A model generated the notes under the pieces. That model was not told where the DNA came from. It saw only the letters and a list, made by a program, of their open reading frames with translations, and made no database searches. Below, one piece after another: positions 1 through 6,062 of a stretch of 13,047 nt of DNA (the stretch's first letter is position 1; every line of letters starts with the position of its first letter). The stretch is from the IMG/VR virus record IMGVR_UViG_3300037119_002976, positions 64,001-77,047 of that record; one strand, 5' to 3'. A program made the position numbers and the translations under genes. The stretch comes from a virus. Lineage: Duplodnaviria > Heunggongvirae > Uroviricota > Caudoviricetes.

Positions 1-536
1 CCGGTCGACGTATTCGTCCCCTCGTACTTCGGCACGGTCTGCTTGCCCCAGCGTTCCCAGGCTGCGGGCTCAAGGACAGCGTGGCGATCGAAGTAGTAGC
101 GAGATCTCTTCGCGAGCAGGAAGATGTACTCGTGAGACGTCGTCGGGCGATCGCGCACCGACGAGGGCATGGCGTTCGGCTTGTGCCAGATGATGTCCGA
201 GCGCAACCCCCAGCCATCATCCTGCAGCGCGAAAGCCACGCGCCAGGGGGTGCCGAGCAGCTGCTTGTCGACGTAGCTGTCACCGAGGTTCAGCCAGACG
301 GTGCCGTGAGGAGCAAGCACGCGCCTGACTTCCCGAAAAATTTGCACCAACCTGATGACGTATTCAGCAAGAGTGGTCTCGAGCCCCACCTGACCCTCGG
401 TGCCGTAGTCGCGCAGCCCAAAGTAGGGCGGGCTGGTGACGCAGCAGTCGACGGACTCCGGGGGGAGCTCGCTCAGAACCGCCAGCGCATCACCCGCGTA
501 GAGAGTGAGGTCGGGGTCGCTGAGTCGAGGCTCCAT
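1..536 (-). CDS. DNA amino-methyltransferase (N4-mC/N6-mA, beta class), 3' end beyond the window
   Basis: Not in the ORF track because it runs off the edge. Manual translation from ATG 536: MEPRLSDPDLTLYAGDALAVLSELPPESVDCCVTSPPYFGLRDYGTEGQVGLE...VWLNLGDSY...GWGLRSDIIWHKPNAMPSSVRDRPTTSHEYIFLLAK. N-terminal SPPY catalytic motif plus typical NLGDSY, IIWHKPN and HEYIFLL blocks. Confidence 0.93.
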   Translation of the reverse strand, partial: MEPRLSDPDLTLYAGDALAVLSELPPESVDCCVTSPPYFGLRDYGTEGQVGLETTLAEYVIRLVQIFREVRRVLAPHGTVWLNLGDSYVDKQLLGTPWRVAFALQDDGWGLRSDIIWHKPNAMPSSVRDRPTTSHEYIFLLAKRSRYYFDRHAVLEPAAWERWGKQTVPKYEGTNTST

Positions 537-537
537 T

Positions 538-555
538 CTTCTCAGTCCTGAGAAG
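538..555. promoter_or_regulatory. 18-bp palindrome CTTCTCA-GTCC-TGAGAAG, candidate operator, copy 1
   Basis: Perfect 7-bp arms, identical to those at 8370-8387. Covers the rusA stop codon and the ribosome-binding region of the MTase ATG at 536. Confidence 0.55.
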
Positions 556-898
556 CTCTCAGCGTGATCCTCGTCACGTCCTCTTCATGGCCGCCGTAGC
601 TGAGTGAGAGCGTCTTCACCTGGCGATCGTTCTCGATCATCCCGCCGATCTGCAGGCCGTCCAAGACGGCCTTGGCGTAGTTGTCGAGATCGCCTCGGAG
701 CTTGCGCTTGGCGCAGAACTCGATCATCACCTGGCAGTCGGCATTGCCTATCACTGCGCTCGATGCACGGCACGCCCACGCGACTCTCTCCTCGTAGTCG
801 CGCGTCCTCTTCGGCTTGAAGAAGCGGCCCTGATTCGTACGCACGCGCTCCCAGGCGACCGGGCGGCCGGGGACTTCCAGCTGAATGACTTCGCTCAT
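542..898 (-). CDS. rusA: RusA-like Holliday junction resolvase
   Basis: 118 aa; N-terminal VPGRPVAWER, core GDLDNYAKAVLDGL and NDRQV motifs of the RusA family. Confidence 0.88.
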   Translation of the reverse strand: MSEVIQLEVPGRPVAWERVRTNQGRFFKPKRTRDYEERVAWACRASSAVIGNADCQVMIEFCAKRKLRGDLDNYAKAVLDGLQIGGMIENDRQVKTLSLSYGGHEEDVTRITLRASQD

Positions 899-1101
899 CT
901 CTGCTCCAGAACACGAACCCGTGCTTGAAGATCACGTACCTGCTCGTTGAGATCCTTCCAGCAGGCGTCCGTCTTGCGGACTCGCTCATGGCAGCCAACA
1001 GTCCGGTCGTGAACGAGGAACAAGATCGTGAACGCTACGAGTCCAGACACGAGCAGGAAACAGAATCCACCGAATCCAAAGATCCAGTAGTTCCTCTTCA
1101 C
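895..1101 (-). CDS. small membrane protein, one TM helix plus C-terminal coiled coil
   Basis: 68 aa; hydrophobic WIFGFGGFCFLLVSGLVAFTILFLV, then heptad-like LNEQVRDLQARVRVLE; ATGA overlap with rusA. Confidence 0.7.
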   Translation of the reverse strand: MKRNYWIFGFGGFCFLLVSGLVAFTILFLVHDRTVGCHERVRKTDACWKDLNEQVRDLQARVRVLEQR

Positions 1102-1111
1102 AACTCTTCCA

Positions 1112-1540
1112 TCAGATGGAGAAGCCCGGCACGTTCACCGGGTGCTCGACCTCGGAGATCATGTCCTCCAGCTCTGGGCGGCGTTTGACCAGAGACCGGC
1201 GGAGACGATCGAGGTGGATGCCCGTCGCCTGCAGATCAAACTGCTTGAGCTCTCGCAGCGCCTCGACGTAGTCGGTGACCACTTCCTGGGTGAAGTCGGA
1301 CTCGGCCTGCCACTGCTCGCTTGCATCCTGCGCGAGCTCAAGACTCGAGTGCATGATCATCCGCGTCAACTGCAAGAGCACAACCCAGGTGAATCCGAGA
1401 ACGGCCAGCAGGATGAGCGAGTAGGTGGCGGAGTAGGCCAGGCCTGTGATGAGGAGGATGGCGTTCCCGAGACCGACCATCGCGATCACGAGCCATGCCT
1501 GGCGATCGAGGGTGCGCAGATCCGTCAGAAATATCCTCAC
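1112..1540 (-). CDS. membrane protein, two TM helices plus helical cytoplasmic tail
   Basis: 142 aa; two N-terminal hydrophobic segments; SD GAGGAG before the GTG; GTGA overlap with the upstream gene. Confidence 0.75.
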   Translation of the reverse strand: MRIFLTDLRTLDRQAWLVIAMVGLGNAILLITGLAYSATYSLILLAVLGFTWVVLLQLTRMIMHSSLELAQDASEQWQAESDFTQEVVTDYVEALRELKQFDLQATGIHLDRLRRSLVKRRPELEDMISEVEHPVNVPGFSI

Positions 1541-1782
1541 TCCTCTTCCTCCGCCAGCTGCCGATCGAAGAGCATGGACATCTTGCTCATAGCCTGGGCC
1601 ATCTCGGGGCCACTCTCGATGTTGTTGTTGAGGATGACCATCGGCCGGCAGACGAGCATGAATGCCTGCTGCTCCGAGAAGCCAGCGCCCTGGTACGCCG
1701 TGTACCAGGCGAAGTAATTCTCGGCGCCGGCGATGATCTCTTCATTCTCCTGCTGTTGGCTGGGGATAGGCAGCTCACTCAT
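1537..1782 (-). CDS. phage hypothetical protein (AGFSEQQAF motif)
   Basis: Start refined to ATG 1782 (MSELP...) behind SD GGAGGT; 81 aa. Confidence 0.75.
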   Translation of the reverse strand: MSELPIPSQQQENEEIIAGAENYFAWYTAYQGAGFSEQQAFMLVCRPMVILNNNIESGPEMAQAMSKMSMLFDRQLAEEEE

Positions 1783-2137
1783 CGCCGACCTCCGAGAACA
1801 TGAACACCTCACCCTTCTCGGTCGGCAGCGGCTTCAGCCCGCGCACCATGCCACCCTCGATGATCGCGATGCAGGTGCGGCCGGGGATCTTCTCCCACTG
1901 GTCGACACCGAACGCTCGCAGGCATCCGGTCACCCAACGGTGGACACCGCCCGGCGTGGTCTCGACGTGGCGCTCGGAGTCTCGATCGTTGTAGTCCAGA
2001 CAGAGCGTTCCAGCTCCCTGCCCGGAGCCTCCGTAATCGAGATCGAGGATCCCGGTGAAGATGCCGTGGTCCTCGTAGCCGAGGAACGTGCTGCGGACCT
2101 TCGCGATCCGCTCGGTCTGTGTCTCTGTGACGGTCAT
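1775..2137 (-). CDS. conserved phage hypothetical protein (STFLGYEDHGIFT motif)
   Basis: Start refined to ATG 2137 (MTVTET...) behind SD GGAGGAGG with ATGA overlap; 120 aa; the LGxEDHGI motif recurs in phage early proteins. Confidence 0.8.
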   Translation of the reverse strand: MTVTETQTERIAKVRSTFLGYEDHGIFTGILDLDYGGSGQGAGTLCLDYNDRDSERHVETTPGGVHRWVTGCLRAFGVDQWEKIPGRTCIAIIEGGMVRGLKPLPTEKGEVFMFSEVGDE

Positions 2138-3168
2138 TCCTCCTCCTTCGGTTCGTTCAGGAGAATGCCGAGCTGCTCCTGGAGAATTTCCTGCATGAGC
2201 TGGGACGCCGTCTTCGATGCCCTCTCGGCGAGGATGAAGACCGGCACCCCGTAGTTGTCCTCGAGCTCTTCGCGCACAGCCTCCATCACCCTCGTCGAGC
2301 GGTTGTTCTTCGTGAAGGCCTTGCGCATGAAGAGGGCGGTCGGGTATGCGAACTCGGCCCGGTAGCCCGTGTCGCACACCAGGACCTCTCCCCACATCGC
2401 GATCTCCCCCCAGAGGAAGGAGTTGTCGCGTGTGAGCGACGTGTTGCCGGGATCGTCGTAGGCGTAGATGCCGCACGCGCACGAGGGCTCAGGTACGTCG
2501 TGGGACGCGAACGGGTTGCCGCCGCAGAGCCCCTGCATCTTTCTGCGATGCGGCCAGACTGCGCCGTTGCGCGATTGCAGCGAGTACCCCAACTGACCCT
2601 GGACCAGCTTGAAGTCGCGGTAGCCCACGATGGGCTCCACGCTCTTGCTGCTCTTCAACCCGTACGACGTCGCGCCGGGGAGGCTGGCCACCTTCTGCAC
2701 CATCGACATGGATGACATTGCCGACGAGGACATCGCCGCCGTCACCGCGGTAGTGATCTGTCGGGCCAGCGCTGACGTCGGAGGGACTACCGACGAGCGG
2801 GGCATCGTCGCGCCCGTGGCGCCCATCGTGCCCGCGGCCCCCGTCGCACCAGTAGGCCCTGGCGCGGGAAGCGTCGGCTGCCCCGTGTGCCAGAGCTCGA
2901 CCATCAGCTCCGTGTGCGGATGCGTCGTCACGCGGCGTGCGTCCACCGAGCGCAGGATGATGCTCCCGTCCTGCAGGCCCTGGATCAGGTCCGCGATGAA
3001 TTGATCGTGCGGATTGCCGGGTGACGAACGAGGGACGGCGGTGACCGTCGGCCTCTTCGCCTTCAGCTCGGCGTCGGCCGCGGCCTTCTTCTTGAACAAG
3101 TCGGCCTTGGCCTGAGCCTTCGGGTCAGGCTTCCTCTTCTTGTCAGGCATGAGCTTCCACCACGTCAC
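2134..3168 (-). CDS. hypothetical protein: basic N-terminus, short G-X-Y stretch, C-terminal HxxPxxxCxCGIYA domain
   Basis: 344 aa; C-domain PIVGYRDF...HDVPEPSCACGIYA...GEIAMWGEV...GYRAEFAYP; GTGA overlap with the upstream peptide gene. Confidence 0.82.
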   Translation of the reverse strand: MTWWKLMPDKKRKPDPKAQAKADLFKKKAAADAELKAKRPTVTAVPRSSPGNPHDQFIADLIQGLQDGSIILRSVDARRVTTHPHTELMVELWHTGQPTLPAPGPTGATGAAGTMGATGATMPRSSVVPPTSALARQITTAVTAAMSSSAMSSMSMVQKVASLPGATSYGLKSSKSVEPIVGYRDFKLVQGQLGYSLQSRNGAVWPHRRKMQGLCGGNPFASHDVPEPSCACGIYAYDDPGNTSLTRDNSFLWGEIAMWGEVLVCDTGYRAEFAYPTALFMRKAFTKNNRSTRVMEAVREELEDNYGVPVFILAERASKTASQLMQEILQEQLGILLNEPKEEE

Positions 3169-3305
3169 GCGGCGACCGGCTCCTCCACCGGTTGCTCCTG
3201 CGGAACCTCAACGGGCGTCGGTGCGGGGAGCGGCTCGCGCATCGGCACAGGCTCCACCTTCGGAGTGATCGTGATCTTCTCCTTGGGCTTTCCCACTTCG
3301 CTCAT
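3165..3305 (-). CDS. 46-aa Pro/Glu-rich peptide
   Basis: MSEVGKPKEKITITPKVEPVPMREPLPAPTPVEVPQEQPVEEPVAA; SD AAGGA; ATGA overlap upstream and GTGA overlap downstream. Confidence 0.75.
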   Translation of the reverse strand: MSEVGKPKEKITITPKVEPVPMREPLPAPTPVEVPQEQPVEEPVAA

Positions 3306-3775
3306 CGGGTCATCCTTTCGGTCTCGAGGGGGCCTCTCTTCGGGCTCCCGCTTGCAGTCCATTCATCACGAAGGATCTCATACTCCTCCGTCGTCATCGC
3401 CGTCGTCGTGTCGACGAAGTTGGCCTGCTGGGGGAGTGGGCGATCCTCCACAGGGTCCCGGTGAAAACGTATCCATGACCATACCCAAACCCACTCGGGA
3501 GTTTCGTATCCCCACTTGCCCTCGGTGACGATCTCGGCCCGGCGCTCCTCATCACGCGCCTGCCGCTGCACCATCCGGTACGCCTCGTAGAAGGACGCCC
3601 ACGGTGGGAAGTGCTCCCACGTCCTGATTCCGACGAGCACCGCGTTCGTCGCAGCGTGAGCGTCAAGGGTGGTGAGGCCGTCGATCCAGAAGCCGATCGT
3701 CTCGTCGTCCAGCGGGTACTGAGTTGTCGCTGCCTTCATCATCCCGAGCAGGTCTCGAGCTTCGTTCTCCTTCAT
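3302..3775 (-). CDS. helicase loader/inhibitor G39P-like protein
   Basis: Start refined to ATG 3775 (ATGA overlap); 157 aa; MKENEARDLLGMMKAA..YP....IGFWIDGL...AVL....WEHFPP resembles the G39P-type N-terminal helical domain; lies in the replication module. Confidence 0.55.
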   Translation of the reverse strand: MKENEARDLLGMMKAATTQYPLDDETIGFWIDGLTTLDAHAATNAVLVGIRTWEHFPPWASFYEAYRMVQRQARDEERRAEIVTEGKWGYETPEWVWVWSWIRFHRDPVEDRPLPQQANFVDTTTAMTTEEYEILRDEWTASGSPKRGPLETERMTR

Positions 3776-3996
3776 GCCATCACCGAGTCCTCGGGCTGGT
3801 GCTCGTGGAGCGAGTGACCCATGTTCCCGGGCCCCGGATTCCCCACGCTCGCGAAGAGGCGGCCGGGGCCGAAGGGCATCAGCGTCCACGGAGCCTTCGC
3901 CTCGTCGTACGGCACGTTCGGATAATCGAGCCGCACGGCGTTCTGGCACTCGACGACCTCGGCCCCGCACTCGGGGCATGGGGTTGCGTTGATCAT
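3772..3996 (-). CDS. small putative zinc-binding protein (CPEC...HSLHEH)
   Basis: 74 aa; SD AAGGAG; ATGA overlaps on both sides. Confidence 0.7.
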   Translation of the reverse strand: MINATPCPECGAEVVECQNAVRLDYPNVPYDEAKAPWTLMPFGPGRLFASVGNPGPGNMGHSLHEHQPEDSVMA

Positions 3997-4418
3997 TCGA
4001 TCTCCTTCGGTTCGGCGCGACGACGCATCTCCTCGCGCATGGTCTGCCAGATGGGACTCTCGGCCTTGCTGATCCTGGCCGCCGTCACGGCGAGCACCTG
4101 CTGGTACTCAGCACGACCGATGCGGCTACCCGCGCCGGCGACGACCATCTCCTGTGCGATCGTCTCGACGGAGCCGAACCACCCGGTCCGGATCGCCACG
4201 ACCATCGCCGAGGTCACCACCTGTGGGTCGAAGCCAGCCTCGATCAGCGCCTTCGCGCCCTTCCCGATCCGCGCTTTGACCGACGGCGCCACCGGGAATC
4301 CCAGGTCGGTGCACACATCGACCGCGGCACCGACTGCGTCTCCGGCGTTGAAGGGCGTTCTCTCGCCGTTGGCCCGCTCCACGCCCTGTGTCTGGATGAC
4401 TTCGGGGTGTTGTTCCAT
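3993..4418 (-). CDS. replication-initiator-like C-terminal helical domain protein
   Basis: ATG 4418 has SD AAGGAGGAGG; 141 aa; AVGAAVDVC...KARIGKGAKALIEAGFDPQVV resembles actinophage initiator C-terminal domains; also in frame with the upstream wHTH region (ORF 3993-4715). Confidence 0.6.
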   Translation of the reverse strand: MEQHPEVIQTQGVERANGERTPFNAGDAVGAAVDVCTDLGFPVAPSVKARIGKGAKALIEAGFDPQVVTSAMVVAIRTGWFGSVETIAQEMVVAGAGSRIGRAEYQQVLAVTAARISKAESPIWQTMREEMRRRAEPKEIE

Positions 4419-4431
4419 CAGCCTCCTCCTT

Positions 4432-4763
4432 CTACCTCGCCGCCCGGACGCGCTTGCGCGTCCAGAACTCGTAGCGAAGCGGAGAGTTCTGGGGGTTTCT
4501 GCTCTTGGGCTGCTTCCTTGTGTGACATTGAGGCGCCAGCGCACGGTCTTGCAGCGCGGCCGCCAGACGTGGTAGCCGTCGCGAACGATCGCGCCGGAGC
4601 CCTCGAGCTGGCACTTCCAGCGCCGTATCGTCTGACGGCACACGCCGAGCTCCCTGGCGTGGTTGCCGTCGGAGCGCGTGGAGACTCCACCGCCGAGCCG
4701 TGCATCCTCTTCCATGAGGAGCAGAAGCGCTTGGGGGCCTCGCCGATCCGATGTACTTGCTAC
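4432..4763 (-). CDS. winged helix-turn-helix protein; start and C-terminal frame ambiguous
   Basis: ALLLLMEE...HARELGVCRQTIRRWKCQLEGSGAIVR is wHTH-like. Start is GTA 4763 (perfect SD) or ATG 4715 (no SD). It ends at TAG 4432 if the -1 frame is used after about 4524, otherwise it reads into 3993-4418. Confidence 0.6.
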
Positions 4764-4811
4764 GGTTTCACCTCCTGCCTAGGTTCTTCTCCAGCTTCCT
4801 AGTCAGGCTTC

Positions 4812-4887
4812 TGTTGGCTCTTGTGGAGAGAGCCAGCACAGTAACGCCCCCGGACGACGGCCGCAATGTCTTTACCGGGGGCGTTGC
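4812..4887 (+). other. two adjacent stem-loops
   Basis: 4812-4822 pairs with 4828-4838; GTAACGCCCCCGG (4841-4853) pairs with CCGGGGGCGTTGC (4875-4887). The imperfect pairs are G-U only on the plus strand. Confidence 0.5.
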
Positions 4888-4888
4888 C

Positions 4889-4931
4889 ATTTCCACAGAA
4901 GGACCCACAAAAGATCCACAGCTGTGGATAA
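4889..4931. promoter_or_regulatory. cluster of DnaA-box-like sites, candidate origin or DnaA-regulated site
   Basis: Perfect TGTGGATAA (reverse complement TTATCCACA) at 4923-4931; 16-bp palindrome ATCCACAGCTGTGGAT at 4914-4929; CCACA at 4893, 4905 and 4916. Confidence 0.55.
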
Positions 4932-4938
4932 CGCGGAG

Positions 4939-5190
4939 CTACTCGTCCTTGCCGAACGCCTGGTCGCGTGCTCGACGCAGCCTCTGGATCACGCGGTTGA
5001 TCCCTGCCCGGTCGAGCGTGACGAACATCGCCTCCTCTCGTCCGATGGTCTCGTGCGTCTCGGGATGCCTGGCGTACGTGGCTACCTGGACGTGCTCCAG
5101 GTCCCGCTGCCAGGTGATCTCGATGAGCGCCTGCCGGTCGTCGTGCGGTGGGATGTAACCCAGCGCCTCGACCACGATCTCCTTGGGCAT
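4939..5190 (-). CDS. conserved actinophage hypothetical protein (LDRxGINxxIxxLRRARDxAFGxDE)
   Basis: 83 aa; SD AAGGAGGG; C-terminal motif recognisable from actinobacterial phages. Confidence 0.82.
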   Translation of the reverse strand: MPKEIVVEALGYIPPHDDRQALIEITWQRDLEHVQVATYARHPETHETIGREEAMFVTLDRAGINRVIQRLRRARDQAFGKDE

Positions 5191-5406
5191 CTCGCCCTCC
5201 TTGCTCGGCCCTTCGCGGGCAACCCATCACGGGCTGGGAGGAAGGCTAATCACTGGGTCGGTCGTGTAGAGTCCCGCGGCCGCCGAGTACCGCCCGGCTG
5301 CGACTGTGAAAGAACGAGGCGTCAGTCCACGCCTACCCACCTGGGATGCAGTCGGGCCAGCAGTACTCGAACCGGGTATGGGCTCGGCGGTGTCCGGCGC
5401 TGGCCC

Positions 5407-5421
5407 TAGCATCAGCACTCA
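5407..5421 (+). promoter_or_regulatory. putative leaderless promoter (-10 TAGCAT, 8 nt, ATG)
   Basis: TANNNT hexamer at 5407-5412, 8 nt before ATG 5421; no SD; no convincing -35. Confidence 0.4.
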
Positions 5422-5576
5422 TGTCCGTGGTGACAGTCCAGGCGCTCGACGTAGCGCTGAGCGGTACCGCGATCCTGATCCAGTTCCTGCCGGCGGCCAG
5501 TGCCACGGAGGTACGGCCGCTCTCGGTCGTCCTTCAGAACGCGCAGCAGAACGTCGTCTTCCAGCCGGTGACCTGA
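5421..5576 (+). CDS. 51-aa beta-rich protein with an internal two-fold repeat, probably virion-associated
   Basis: MSVVTVQALDVALSGTAILIQFLPAASATEVRPLSVVLQNAQQNVVFQPVT; GC-rich third codon positions; directly abuts the next gene. Confidence 0.65.
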   Translation: MSVVTVQALDVALSGTAILIQFLPAASATEVRPLSVVLQNAQQNVVFQPVT

Positions 5577-6062
5577 GTGGCGAACTTCGCCTTCGACGTA
5601 GCCCTGGGTCGTGAGGTCGAGTTCTACTCGCGCGTCGACTCGAACGATCCGGCGAACTCGGCGCTCATCATCGTGGTGCTTGCGCACACGGGGATCGAGT
5701 CGGACAGCGTCCTCAAGCAGTACGCCACGCTCTCTGCGCTGCTGGCTGCCTCGAACAACGAGGTCACGAATACCAACTATGCGCGCAAGACGCTGACGGA
5801 CGCCGACCTCGCTGCGTACACGGTCGACACCTCGGCGCACTCGATCACGCTGCCGCTGCCGACGCAGACGTACACGGCGATCGCCGTCGGCGACACCTGG
5901 TCGAAGGCCCTGGTCTGTTACGACTCGGACACGACGGGCGGCACGGATGCGAACATCATCCCGGTCGCCTCACAGGACATCCGGCTGAGCGGTGCGCCCC
6001 TCGTGCCTAATGGCGGGAACATCACCTTCACCTGGCTCAGCGGCTTGCTGGTCGCCAGGTAG
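5577..6062 (+). CDS. phage virion structural protein (minor tail/decoration-type family)
   Basis: 161 aa; MANFAF..A.GR..E.Y.RV..NDPANSALI.V.L...NE.TNTNYARKTLTDAD...W.K..VCYD.DTTGGTDANIIP matches a family I recognise from actinophage structural modules; SD-like GGTGA 5 nt before the GTG. Confidence 0.72.
   Translation: MANFAFDVALGREVEFYSRVDSNDPANSALIIVVLAHTGIESDSVLKQYATLSALLAASNNEVTNTNYARKTLTDADLAAYTVDTSAHSITLPLPTQTYTAIAVGDTWSKALVCYDSDTTGGTDANIIPVASQDIRLSGAPLVPNGGNITFTWLSGLLVAR

Noticed and set aside
1106-1124. CTTCCATCAGATGGAGAAG at another stop codon as a third operator copy
   Set aside because: Only one arm matches (6/7); the other arm and the spacing do not fit the 7-4-7 pattern.
3356-3367. 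12-nt complementarity to the candidate sRNA segment GTTCATTCATCA
   Set aside because: One G-U pair and short length make a chance match plausible; the sRNA itself is unproven.
4491-4510. AAACCCC and CCCAAGA as programmed -1 slippery sites
   Set aside because: Neither is an X XXY YYZ heptamer in the translated frame.
4799-5230. 143-aa minus-strand ORF
   Set aside because: Overlaps the better-supported 4939-5190 gene in another frame and runs through the DnaA-box and hairpin region.
5354-5406. tRNA-like look on the minus strand (GGGCCAGCG...GGTTCGAGTAC...TGCTGGCCC)
   Set aside because: Only 53 nt between stem ends, no D-arm or anticodon arm and no CCA; at most a hairpin.
5227-5418. 63-aa minus-strand ORF in the divergent intergenic region
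   Set aside because: No SD, low-complexity product, weak codon bias, and it overlaps the candidate plus-strand promoter.
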